Shown piece by piece: positions 17,621 through 26,053 of a stretch of 32,000 nt of DNA. The position numbers and the translations under genes are program-made. This DNA is from Nanobdellota archaeon (GTDB lineage: Archaea; Nanobdellota; Nanobdellia; Nanobdellales; Nanobdellaceae). The first letter of the stretch is position 1; each line of letters begins with the position of its first letter. Below the pieces are notes generated by a model. It searched no databases and was not told the origin of the DNA. It saw only the letters and a program-made list of their open reading frames with translations. Where the stretch lies: assembly GCA_042850255.1 (NCBI GenBank), contig AP031373.1, positions 510,001 to 542,000 on the forward strand, in the 5' to 3' direction.

Positions 17621-18194
17621 ACCAATATAATATAAACTTTGCAGCAATTTCTTCTGCCAATATACTATTATTATTTTCTATATATATACTATTATTATCT
17701 ATATAAATTCCGTATTTATTTTTAGTAGGTTTGATAAAAACTAATAATGTTTCATTTGCTGGTAATATATATGTATAATTATATGTATAATTTGATGAGG
17801 AATATACAAAAATGTAATTAGAAGTTATACTATTATTTTCTAAAAAATATTTGCATCCGGGAGATGGGTAATAATAAGAACATACAGGAACTAAATATGG
17901 TATTTTTATATAAATATAAGCAATTTCTGCATTATAATAACCAGATAAAGTTGGATCATATATTAATAAAAAATATTTGTAATTTTTTTCCATATTATAT
18001 AAACTAATATTTGGTTCTATAGGTATAAAACTTAATTGTTGAATGGAATAAGGACTTACTATTGTTATATTATCAGGGTTTTTATAATAATAAAATTGGT
18101 TTTGATTATTACTTATATTCCTGAATATAATATATAATATAATTCCCAATATAATAATTATAACTAGTAAATTTATTATTTTTTCTTTATTCAT
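17601..18194 (-). CDS. N-terminally anchored extracytoplasmic protein, N/Y-rich with about nine N-x-S/T sequons and two Cys
   Basis: MNKEKIINLLVIIIILGIILYIIF is a signal-anchor helix. Sequons: NIS, NIT, NIS, NNS, NYT, NYT, NET, NNS, NNS. First gene of a three-gene overlapping minus-strand chain. Confidence 0.4.
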   Translation of the reverse strand: MNKEKIINLLVIIIILGIILYIIFRNISNNQNQFYYYKNPDNITIVSPYSIQQLSFIPIEPNISLYNMEKNYKYFLLIYDPTLSGYYNAEIAYIYIKIPYLVPVCSYYYPSPGCKYFLENNSITSNYIFVYSSSNYTYNYTYILPANETLLVFIKPTKNKYGIYIDNNSIYIENNNSILAEEIAAKFILYWYGIINN

Positions 18195-18246
18195 AATTTA
18201 TTTTTTCACATAATATATATAAATTTTGTAAATGTAAAAAATAATA

Positions 18247-18987
18247 ATGAATGATATAGAAGATAAATTACTAAGCATACTCAAACAACATGCTTATGGT
18301 TTAACCATTTCTGAATTATCAAAAATATCGAAAATAAATAGGATTACATTATCAAAACATTTAGAGGTATTAAAAGAAAGAGGATATTTAAATTATAGAG
18401 TAGTTGGAAAGGCTAAAGTATGGTATATTAATGAAGATGTGGGATTTATGGAAATGGTGCATGGAGATACAATGTTAACTAAATTAATTAGGCAAGAAAG
18501 AAATGGATTTTTAACAATATCTGATATAAGATTCTTAATATTGCCATCAGAAATATTTCAAGTACTATATTTACAATCATTAGATATAAATAATATTAAT
18601 TTAGTAAGAGATATAGGAAAAAGATATGGAATCTTAATGGCTACTACATATAAAATGTATTCTGGGGTGGAAAGAATATTGAATGAAGAAACTTTAAAAG
18701 AAATAATTAAATTACATGAAAAAATGGGATTTGGAAAAATAGAAGATATATTTATAGATATTAGATCTTTAGATTTTGTTATAACATTTAGTTCTTCTAT
18801 TGAAGCTCAGATAATTAAGGATATAGAAGATATATTAAAAGAAAAGAATATAGAAATAAAAGAATATTTCAATGAAGGATACTTTGAAGGATTATTAAGT
18901 ACTTTATTTGCTATACAGATGATTTCAATAAATAAAAGCAGTTTGTATAAAGATAATAAATCAGAATTTGTTGTAAGAAAAAAGTGA
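18247..18987 (+). CDS. Winged helix-turn-helix transcription regulator with a V4R-like C-terminal domain
   Basis: The N-terminus LLSILKQHAYGLTISELSKISKINRITLSKHLEVLKERGYLNYRVVGKAKVWY is a classic wHTH. The C-terminal half (RFLILPSEIF..L...IGKRYG......MGFGKIEDI...DFVITFSSSIEA...GYFEGLL) resembles V4R sensor domains. Confidence 0.5.
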   Translation: MNDIEDKLLSILKQHAYGLTISELSKISKINRITLSKHLEVLKERGYLNYRVVGKAKVWYINEDVGFMEMVHGDTMLTKLIRQERNGFLTISDIRFLILPSEIFQVLYLQSLDINNINLVRDIGKRYGILMATTYKMYSGVERILNEETLKEIIKLHEKMGFGKIEDIFIDIRSLDFVITFSSSIEAQIIKDIEDILKEKNIEIKEYFNEGYFEGLLSTLFAIQMISINKSSLYKDNKSEFVVRKK

Positions 18988-19481
18988 TAATTTGTATTAC
19001 AGGTATACCAGGTTCAGGTAAAAGTACTATTGCAAAAGAATTGTCTAAAAGGATAAATGCAGAATTAATAGATATATCAAAATTTGCAGAAGAAAATAAA
19101 TTATACGAAGGATATGATGAAGCTTATGAAAGTTATATAGTTGATGAAGAAAAATTATTTCAGAAAATTGATGAATATATAAAAAATATAAATAAGGATA
19201 TAATAATTGATGGAAATTTTTCTCACTTATATAATAAATGTGATATATGTGTTGTTATAAAAGCAGATCCAAATATAATTTATAATAGATTAAAGGAGAG
19301 AAATTATCCGTATCATAAAATTTTTGAGAATATATGGGCTATGAATCTAGAAGTTATAGAAGATGAAATAGAAGGAGAAAAAAAGGAATATTATATATTT
19401 TATAATAATAATATAGAAGATATAAATAAAATAGTCGAAGAAATAATTAAAATAATAGAGAAAAAAAGAAGAGGAAATTAG
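18984..19481 (+). CDS. Fap7/adenylate kinase 6-type nucleoside kinase (small-subunit ribosome maturation factor)
   Basis: MIICITGIPGSGKSTIAKEL (P-loop) and NRLKERNYPYHKIFENIWAMNLEVIEDE (the RL..RgY...Ki.eN.eaEi pattern of AK6/Fap7). The GTG start overlaps the upstream TGA (GTGA). Confidence 0.7.
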   Translation: MIICITGIPGSGKSTIAKELSKRINAELIDISKFAEENKLYEGYDEAYESYIVDEEKLFQKIDEYIKNINKDIIIDGNFSHLYNKCDICVVIKADPNIIYNRLKERNYPYHKIFENIWAMNLEVIEDEIEGEKKEYYIFYNNNIEDINKIVEEIIKIIEKKRRGN

Positions 19482-19502
19482 TAAGATAAGATTTTTTGAA
19501 TA

Positions 19503-19509
19503 TTTATAA
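19503..19509 (+). promoter_or_regulatory. TATA-like box (tttataa) for the thermosome gene
   Basis: Centred 26 nt upstream of ATG 19532, the spacing expected for an archaeal TATA box on a leaderless or near-leaderless mRNA. The AT-rich background weakens specificity. Confidence 0.3.
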
Positions 19510-19531
19510 GTCTTATTTATTATATAATATT

Positions 19532-21190
19532 ATGGCAGAAGATAAAAAATCCTTATATCCTGTTGTACTATCTCCTGAAAAATATGCAAGAGAGATTGGA
19601 AGAGAAGCAATGAGATCAAATATTATGGCTGCAGTAATAGTATCAGAAATATTAAAAACATCTTTAGGTCCAAGGGGTATGGATAAAATGTTAGTAGATG
19701 AATTGGGTGATATTGTAGTAACAAACGATGGAGCTACAATATTAGATCAAATGCATGTTGAACATCCTGCTGCAAAATTGGTAATAGAAATTGCAAAAAC
19801 TCAAGATAAAGAAGTTGGTGATGGAACTAAGAGATCTACAGTATTAGCTGGGGAACTATTGAAAAGAGCAGGAGAATTATTAGATAAAAATATACATCCA
19901 ACAGTAATAATAGAAGGATACAATAAGGCATCAAATATTGCTGAAGAATTAATTAATAAATTATCAATAAATGTATCATTAAATGATGAAGAAACATTAA
20001 TAAAAATTGCAAAATCTGCTCTTTCATCAAAAATAGCTTCTATATATTCAGATAAATTAGCAAAAATTGTTGTAGATGCTGTTAAGAAGGTTACTGATAT
20101 AGTAACATTAAATAATGGAGAAAAGAAAATAATTGTAGATTTAGATTCTTTAAAGATTGAAAAGAAAATTGGTGGAGGAGTTGAAGAAACAGAATTGATT
20201 GATGGTATTGTAATTGATAAAGAAAGAATACACGGAGAAATGCCAAAAATAGTATCAAAAGCAAAAATTGCATTAATAGGAGATGCTATAGAAATAAAAG
20301 AAACTGAAACAGATGCTAGAATAAATATATCTACACCAGAACAATTAGAACAATTCTTAAATAAAGAAAAGGAAATGTTAAAGAAAATGGTAGATAAAAT
20401 AAAACAAGTCGGAGCAAATGTAGTATTTGTACAAAAAGGAGTTGACGATTTAGCTGCTTATTATTTCGCAAAATATGGTATACTTGCAATAAGAAGAGTT
20501 AAAAAATCTGATATGGAAAAATTAGCAAAAGCAACAGGCGCAAAAATTGTAAATTCAATTGATGAATTAACACAAAATGATCTGGGAGAAGCAGAGTTAG
20601 TAGAAGAAAGAAAAGTTGCAGATGAAAATATGATATTTGTAACAGGATGTAAAAATCCAAAAGCTGTAACAATATTAATAAGAGCTGGTTCTGAACATGT
20701 TGCAGATGAAATTGAAAGATCTGTAAATGATGCTGTAAGAGATATAGCTACAGTAATTAGATATGGAAAAGTAATTGCTGGAGGTGGAGCTATAGAAGTA
20801 GAATTAGCTGAAGGAATAAGAAAAGAAGCTAAAAAAGAATCTTCAAAAGTACAAATGGCTATGTTAGCATTTGCAGATGCTTTAGAAGCAATACCATCTG
20901 CTTTGGCAGAAAATGCAGGAATGGATACTATAGAAGCAATGACACAATTGAGAGCTGCACATGAACAAGGAAAGAGATGGTATGGAATTGATGCTGTAGA
21001 AGGAAAAATTGCAGATATGTGGGAAAAGAATGTTATAGAACCAGCAAATATAACAATACAAGCAATAAAATCTGCTACTGAAGCAGCAATAATGATATTA
21101 AAGATAGATGATGTAATTGCTGCAATAGGTAAATCTTCAGAAGGAAAATCCTCTTCTGGAGAAGGAGAAAGTGAAGAACTAGAAGAATAG
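19532..21190 (+). CDS. ths: Thermosome subunit (group II chaperonin)
   Basis: LGPRGMDKMLVD..GD.VVTNDGATIL, AKTQDKEVGDGTKRSTVLAGELL, VIAGGGAIEVEL and NVIEPANITIQAIKSATEAA. Start set at ATG 19532 (MAEDKK); the track start at 19496 is TTG. Confidence 0.9.
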   Translation: MAEDKKSLYPVVLSPEKYAREIGREAMRSNIMAAVIVSEILKTSLGPRGMDKMLVDELGDIVVTNDGATILDQMHVEHPAAKLVIEIAKTQDKEVGDGTKRSTVLAGELLKRAGELLDKNIHPTVIIEGYNKASNIAEELINKLSINVSLNDEETLIKIAKSALSSKIASIYSDKLAKIVVDAVKKVTDIVTLNNGEKKIIVDLDSLKIEKKIGGGVEETELIDGIVIDKERIHGEMPKIVSKAKIALIGDAIEIKETETDARINISTPEQLEQFLNKEKEMLKKMVDKIKQVGANVVFVQKGVDDLAAYYFAKYGILAIRRVKKSDMEKLAKATGAKIVNSIDELTQNDLGEAELVEERKVADENMIFVTGCKNPKAVTILIRAGSEHVADEIERSVNDAVRDIATVIRYGKVIAGGGAIEVELAEGIRKEAKKESSKVQMAMLAFADALEAIPSALAENAGMDTIEAMTQLRAAHEQGKRWYGIDAVEGKIADMWEKNVIEPANITIQAIKSATEAAIMILKIDDVIAAIGKSSEGKSSSGEGESEELEE

Positions 21191-21201
21191 TTTTATTTTT
21201 T
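21191..21201 (+). terminator. Oligo-T tract (ttttatttttt) immediately after the thermosome stop
   Basis: Archaeal intrinsic termination typically uses T-runs. This one directly follows TAG 21188-21190 and precedes the next TATA-like box. Confidence 0.3.
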
Positions 21202-21205
21202 AATA

Positions 21206-21213
21206 TTTATAAA
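21206..21213 (+). promoter_or_regulatory. TATA-like box (tttataaa) for the coiled-coil / filament gene cluster
   Basis: Centred ~27 nt upstream of ATG 21237. Confidence 0.25.
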
Positions 21214-21236
21214 TTTCAGAGTTTCTTATATTTTTT

Positions 21237-21797
21237 ATGAGTTCATATGAAATAATATCATCAGATCCTATAGAAAAATTAACACAAGAGATAGAAAATT
21301 TAAAAAATGACTTAAAAACTTTAAAGTCAGAATTAAAAAATAATATTGATGAGATAAAAAATCAAATAAAAATACCATCTCCAGAAAATAATATTACAAA
21401 AAAAGAGGTTCAAACTTCATATCAGGTAAGTAATAATAGTATAGATATAAATTTTTATAAAGAAATAGTAAATTCCCTTATAAAAAGTAATATAGATCTA
21501 CAAGCAAAAATTTCAGAATTAATAGTTGTATCTAATAATTTATATAAAGAGATAAAAAATTTATTTGATATATTTAAAGAAGCTGCTCTTACTAGACCTA
21601 GGGAACAAAAATCAGAGAAGGGTATTGATGATGAAGTTGCAAAAAGATTAGAAAATTTAGAAAAAGCTAATTTAAAAGTAGCAGAAATATTAGATAATTT
21701 AAAGAAACAGTTAGATGAGATAAAAAATCAGCAAAATGGTTCAAAAATTACTTATAGTCAACCACAAACATTTAGTAAAAATTATGGGTTTAAATAA
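21237..21797 (+). CDS. Coiled-coil protein of unknown function (186 aa), first gene of the filament-ATPase cluster
   Basis: Heptad-like K/E/L/N-rich segments (EKLTQEIENLKNDLKTLKSELKNNIDEIKNQ; AKRLENLEKANLKVAEILDNLKKQLDEIKNQ). No TM helix and no family recognised. Confidence 0.35.
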   Translation: MSSYEIISSDPIEKLTQEIENLKNDLKTLKSELKNNIDEIKNQIKIPSPENNITKKEVQTSYQVSNNSIDINFYKEIVNSLIKSNIDLQAKISELIVVSNNLYKEIKNLFDIFKEAALTRPREQKSEKGIDDEVAKRLENLEKANLKVAEILDNLKKQLDEIKNQQNGSKITYSQPQTFSKNYGFK

Positions 21798-21830
21798 ATT
21801 TAATAAATATAAAATAAAAAATATTGTAAT

Positions 21831-22664
21831 ATGAAGTCACAAGTCAATCTTATTAGTTATCTTCTTTTAGGTTTAGTAATTGTTGGTATATCTATAGGCG
21901 TTTATGAATGGGGAATTCCAATACTTCAAAAGTCTCAAATAAGATCTACTATTAGTAATATTCAAGGTCAATTGTCTACATTAGCAAGTGCTATACAAAA
22001 TGTAGGAGAAAGTAAAGGTAGTCAAACTATAACACTATCATTACCCTCTGGTTCTATAAATATAAATAATAATCTAATACAATATAGTTTTCAATCTCCT
22101 GCAATATATTATAATCCAAACATACCTGCAATACCATTAAATTATAATATTTATATTCCATGTAATGTAAATAATACATTAACAGTAGGGCAACAGATAG
22201 AGTTATGTGGTATTCCGGGATTATATGCTTATGCAAATTCTACCAATATAGTTATTACGGATATAAATAATAATACATTAGTATTGCCTTTACAAAATGA
22301 GAATGATATAATAACACAATACTTTGTCTTTGATATAAAAGTGGGTGGAAATATTGTTCAATTTATTCCTGAATATAATACTGGAATAGCAGGTTCATCA
22401 TTTTACCCAGCATGTTTATTAACTGCAGCTGAAAGTGGAAGAATAATAAATTACCAAATTTCCTGTAGACCTTTATATAATCCACAAACTGGACAATGTG
22501 TCTGGATAATTATTAAACCAACTGGTCAGGTGGGAGCAACTACCCAGCCAAATACAAATATAAATGTTAATTTACAGTATTCAGGTTTGAATATAGTAAA
22601 TAATCCAGAATCTACTGTTTGTAATCAGTTAATTTATGAATATGTTAGTGCATCATTCTCATAA
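21831..22664 (+). CDS. N-terminally anchored, Cys-containing extracytoplasmic protein; candidate class III (prepilin-like) signal
   Basis: MKSQVNLISYLLLGLVIVGISIGVY has a short charged N-terminus followed by a hydrophobic helix. The mature part is N/Q/T/I-rich with six Cys. Could alternatively be an ArlG/ArlF-like accessory protein. Confidence 0.4.
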   Translation: MKSQVNLISYLLLGLVIVGISIGVYEWGIPILQKSQIRSTISNIQGQLSTLASAIQNVGESKGSQTITLSLPSGSININNNLIQYSFQSPAIYYNPNIPAIPLNYNIYIPCNVNNTLTVGQQIELCGIPGLYAYANSTNIVITDINNNTLVLPLQNENDIITQYFVFDIKVGGNIVQFIPEYNTGIAGSSFYPACLLTAAESGRIINYQISCRPLYNPQTGQCVWIIIKPTGQVGATTQPNTNINVNLQYSGLNIVNNPESTVCNQLIYEYVSASFS

Positions 22665-23047
22665 TGCCTATAAACGCTGTTGAAATATCATTAATAACCC
22701 TCATATTATTTTTTACCTCTGGAATTTTAATTTCTTTTTTTAGAATAATAACAAGTTCTAATAATTATAATCAGTTTGTTCTAGATTATATATCTAATAA
22801 TGTTAATTTTTGTATAAATTATGCATATTTGTATAAATCTGATGTATATTGCCAACCTTCTAAGCAATTTTCCTCTATAATATCTGGATTAGGAAGTCAT
22901 GTATATGTACAATATGGAAATATAGTAAAAACTTTATCATTCATAAATAATCCGCTATTTATTCCCATATATGGAGTTGAAGAAAATTCTTTTTTCCTTA
23001 CATATTATACTAATAATACTAATACAAGTGAAATATTTATCTCTTAA
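22664..23047 (+). CDS. Small N-terminally anchored protein (127 aa), pilin- or ArlF/G-like candidate
   Basis: MPINAVEISLITLILFFTSGILISFF is an N-terminal hydrophobic helix, and the protein has two Cys. Its ATG overlaps the upstream TAA (TAATG). No family recognised. Confidence 0.3.
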   Translation: MPINAVEISLITLILFFTSGILISFFRIITSSNNYNQFVLDYISNNVNFCINYAYLYKSDVYCQPSKQFSSIISGLGSHVYVQYGNIVKTLSFINNPLFIPIYGVEENSFFLTYYTNNTNTSEIFIS

Positions 23048-23079
23048 TACTTATATTTTTCAATGTATTTCCTTAATAT

Positions 23080-24882
23080 ATGAGTGACATTGATGATTTT
23101 ATAAATAATGTTCTAGATGTTGTAAGAAAAAAAATTGAAATAAAAAAAAGAATGAATGAAAAAAAGATAAGTATACAATATAATACACCTGCGCCTGCTG
23201 CTCCAAATTATATAATACAACCTATACCTATAGGGACTATTAATTCGGAAAGTCCTAAAAGAAAAAAAAGAACTAAAAAGAAAAAGACAAATAAGTTAAT
23301 TTCATTAACCGATATACCAATATCAGAAGAAAAGAAAATAACAGAAAAGGATAAGTTAAAATTCTTTATAGAAATGTATGGAAAAAATGAAAATGAAAAT
23401 CAGTTTAGATATCCTCTAACTAAGATGAAAATATTTAATCAAGAATATATATTTGCATATGCTGATATTTCTTGGGATAATAAATATGGAGAAATAATAT
23501 ACCATGTAATAGAACCTACATTAAGTGAAAATGAAAAAAATATGATAAACAATATATTAGATACATTAATAAAAAGAGTAGAAATACCACAAGAAGCAGA
23601 GAGAAATTTTGAACAATTAAAAAATTATATAATAAATGAAACTGTAAAAATAATAAAAGAAAAAAAGTATAGAATAGATAATAATAGATTACCATATATA
23701 TTATATTATATTATTAGAGATACTATAGGTTATGGCATCATAGATCCTTTGATGAATGACCCTTTAATTGAGGATATATCATGTAATGGTTCAAATTCTC
23801 CTATATATATATTCCATAGAAATCCTGTTATAGGTGAAATAAAGACTAATTTGCAATTTAATTCTGATGAAGAATTAGATAATTTTGTAATAAAATTATC
23901 AGTTAGAACTGGTAGAATAGTTTCTATTTCAAATCCATTATTAGATGCAGCTTTACCAGATGGTTCAAGAATTCAGATAACATATGGGAAAGATATTTCC
24001 AGAAAAGGTTCTTCTTTTACAATTAGAAAATTTACGGAAGATCCATTTACTCCAATAGATTTATTATTATATGGAACTGTAGATTTTGATATGTTAGCAT
24101 ATTTATGGACTATAGTTGAAGAAGGAAGATCTATATTAGTATCAGGAGGTACTGCTACAGGTAAAACATCCTTCTTAAATGCTATTTCATTATTTATTAA
24201 ACCTGAGAAAAAGATAATTTCAATTGAGGATACTGCAGAGTTAAGGTTACCACATCCTAACTGGTTACAAGAAGTTGCAAGACCTGGTTATGGACCAAAC
24301 AGATATGGAGAAGTTACTATGTTTGATTTACTAAAAGCTGCATTAAGACAAAGGCCAGATTATATAATTGTTGGTGAAGTTAGAGGTGAAGAAGCTTATA
24401 TATTATTCCAGGCAATGGCAACAGGTCATGCAGGTTTAGGTACAATTCATGCAGAGAGTTTTGAAGCTTTAATGGATAGATTATTATCTCCCCCAATTAG
24501 TTTACCTCCATCTTTATTAGAAGTATTGGATGCTGTAGTATTTTTAAAGAGAATAAAATATCAGGGAAAATATGTAAGGAGAGTAGATAAAATATATGAA
24601 ATAGTTGGATTTAATAAAAGTAAAAATGATGTAGATAGAATAGTATCATTTCAATGGAATCCTAAAGATGATTCTTTTATTGCTAGAAATAGTTATGTAT
24701 TAAGTAAAATAGCAGAAATAAGAAATTGGGATAGAAATGATATAGAAACAAACTTTAAATTTAAAATAAGAGTATTAGAATATATGCTAGAAAATAATAT
24801 TAGAAATTATAAACAAATAGGGGAATTGATGAATCTTTACTATAATGATCCTGATAAATTAATTAGTTTAGTAGGATTTTAA
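23080..24882 (+). CDS. Archaeal type IV filament assembly ATPase (FlaI/ArlI / PilB / VirB11 superfamily) with a basic N-terminal extension
   Basis: YHVIEPTLSENE, IEDISCNG, SFTIRKF, Walker A VSGGTATGKTS (24145-24168), IEDTAELRLPH, Walker B/His box IIVGEVRGEEAYILFQAMATGHAGLGTIHA, and a C-terminal W..RNDIE...RVLEYM region typical of archaeal secretion ATPases. The N-terminal ~80 aa contain PKRKKRTKKKKTNK. Confidence 0.85.
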   Translation: MSDIDDFINNVLDVVRKKIEIKKRMNEKKISIQYNTPAPAAPNYIIQPIPIGTINSESPKRKKRTKKKKTNKLISLTDIPISEEKKITEKDKLKFFIEMYGKNENENQFRYPLTKMKIFNQEYIFAYADISWDNKYGEIIYHVIEPTLSENEKNMINNILDTLIKRVEIPQEAERNFEQLKNYIINETVKIIKEKKYRIDNNRLPYILYYIIRDTIGYGIIDPLMNDPLIEDISCNGSNSPIYIFHRNPVIGEIKTNLQFNSDEELDNFVIKLSVRTGRIVSISNPLLDAALPDGSRIQITYGKDISRKGSSFTIRKFTEDPFTPIDLLLYGTVDFDMLAYLWTIVEEGRSILVSGGTATGKTSFLNAISLFIKPEKKIISIEDTAELRLPHPNWLQEVARPGYGPNRYGEVTMFDLLKAALRQRPDYIIVGEVRGEEAYILFQAMATGHAGLGTIHAESFEALMDRLLSPPISLPPSLLEVLDAVVFLKRIKYQGKYVRRVDKIYEIVGFNKSKNDVDRIVSFQWNPKDDSFIARNSYVLSKIAEIRNWDRNDIETNFKFKIRVLEYMLENNIRNYKQIGELMNLYYNDPDKLISLVGF

Positions 24883-25506
24883 TTCTATTATTTCTATAGG
24901 TTTTTTATTATAAAATTTTATAGAATAAGTTTTATTATTTTCTATTTGAATATTTTTATCTAAATATAAAGTAGAAAAATTATCAGTTAATACTATATAA
25001 TTATTTTCATCTTCTTTCAACAATTTTATATATCTATATGATATATAATTTTGGTTTATATTTATATCTTCATTTATTTCATTTATCATATTTATGTTAT
25101 TTGTAAATATTGATAGATAAAAATTATTTAAAACTACCCCATTTTTTAATATTATTGTTTTTCCTTCCTTTAGTATATTCTCTTTTATCTTCCATCTATT
25201 ATCTTTTATTATTAGTTTTATCATACCAGTCTCATCTCCAGCTTCCAATATTATTAAATTATCTTTTTTTATTAATATTTTATTTATTTTTAATTTTATT
25301 TCCTTTATTTTCATTCCTGGATGTATATTTTTTACTTTTATATTATATAAATCCTCTAAAGATAACCCCTTTTCTTTTATTATTATTAAAATGGCAGTTT
25401 CTTCATCAATTAAATTTTTATATTGATTTATTTTTTCCTTAATCATCTCTTCTAATTTACTTTTTGATATTCCCAATATAGAAGAAATGTAATCTTTATC
25501 TATCAT
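24868..25506 (-). CDS. RPA-like single-stranded DNA-binding protein candidate (one OB fold)
   Basis: The N-terminus ISKSKLEEMIKEKINQYKNLIDEETAILIIIKEKGLS resembles the archaeal RPA leader (is.eefeeki.eki...ggl.deegAa.lvAkelGv). It is followed by IKNIHPGMKIKEIKLKINKI...GDETGMIKLII, an OB-fold-like pattern. Confidence 0.45.
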   Translation of the reverse strand: MIDKDYISSILGISKSKLEEMIKEKINQYKNLIDEETAILIIIKEKGLSLEDLYNIKVKNIHPGMKIKEIKLKINKILIKKDNLIILEAGDETGMIKLIIKDNRWKIKENILKEGKTIILKNGVVLNNFYLSIFTNNINMINEINEDININQNYISYRYIKLLKEDENNYIVLTDNFSTLYLDKNIQIENNKTYSIKFYNKKPIEIIELKSY

Positions 25507-25535
25507 AAAAAATAATTACAAAATAAACTAAAAAA

Positions 25536-26000
25536 CTATGTTAAATAACAACCTGTTGCAATTAAAGTTTCACCAGAAGGGCAAGAAGATGGACCTATAT
25601 AAGTTGATGGACATGCAGGGCCTTTTGCAGAAGAAGAACACATACATATTTGTGGTTCATTATTTGCATTTCCATCACATACTACTTCCGATCCATTTGA
25701 TAATGTAAATGTATATGGATATATAAATGAACAATTACTAGTTACGTATTGCGAACTTGCTATTAAACTTAACTGAACTGAAGAACTTGTGGTGGAAATT
25801 AGAGAGGATTGTATTGTAGATGCATATTCTGAACATTGACCTGCAGTTACTTCTTTGCTAGATACTCCTGTTTTACTTACTCCTGAAGAGAATTTTCCAA
25901 GCCCACCTGTAAATATTAATACTAAAAATATTATTACAAGTAATGCAATAATAGCTAATGCTACAGTATTTAATGGTAAACCTTGTGATTTCTTTACCAT
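25536..26000 (-). CDS. Small secreted Cys-rich, Ser/Thr-rich protein with a class III (type IV prepilin-like) signal candidate
   Basis: From ATG 26000 it reads MVKKSQGLPLNTVALAIIALLVIIFLVLIF, then a G/S/T-rich mature region with eight Cys (QCSEY, SNCSF, VVCDG, ICMCSS, ACPS, SCPS, GCYLT). The longer track ORF adds 17 unlikely residues. Confidence 0.45.
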   Translation of the reverse strand: MVKKSQGLPLNTVALAIIALLVIIFLVLIFTGGLGKFSSGVSKTGVSSKEVTAGQCSEYASTIQSSLISTTSSSVQLSLIASSQYVTSNCSFIYPYTFTLSNGSEVVCDGNANNEPQICMCSSSAKGPACPSTYIGPSSCPSGETLIATGCYLT

Positions 26001-26022
26001 AAAAATATTTATAACCTTGGTA

Positions 26023-26031
26023 ATATATAAA
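26023..26031. promoter_or_regulatory. Central TATA-like element (atatataaa) shared by the divergent starts at 26000 and 26054
   Basis: Its centre at 26027 lies 27 nt from both start codons, and the core TATATA is a palindrome. Confidence 0.25.
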
Positions 26032-26053
26032 TTTTTATGTTTATAGAACAATA

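Noticed and set aside
25110-25442. 110-aa plus-strand ORF antisense to the RPA-like gene
   Set aside because: It is a shadow ORF (L/F/Y/P-rich) within a better-supported minus-strand gene.
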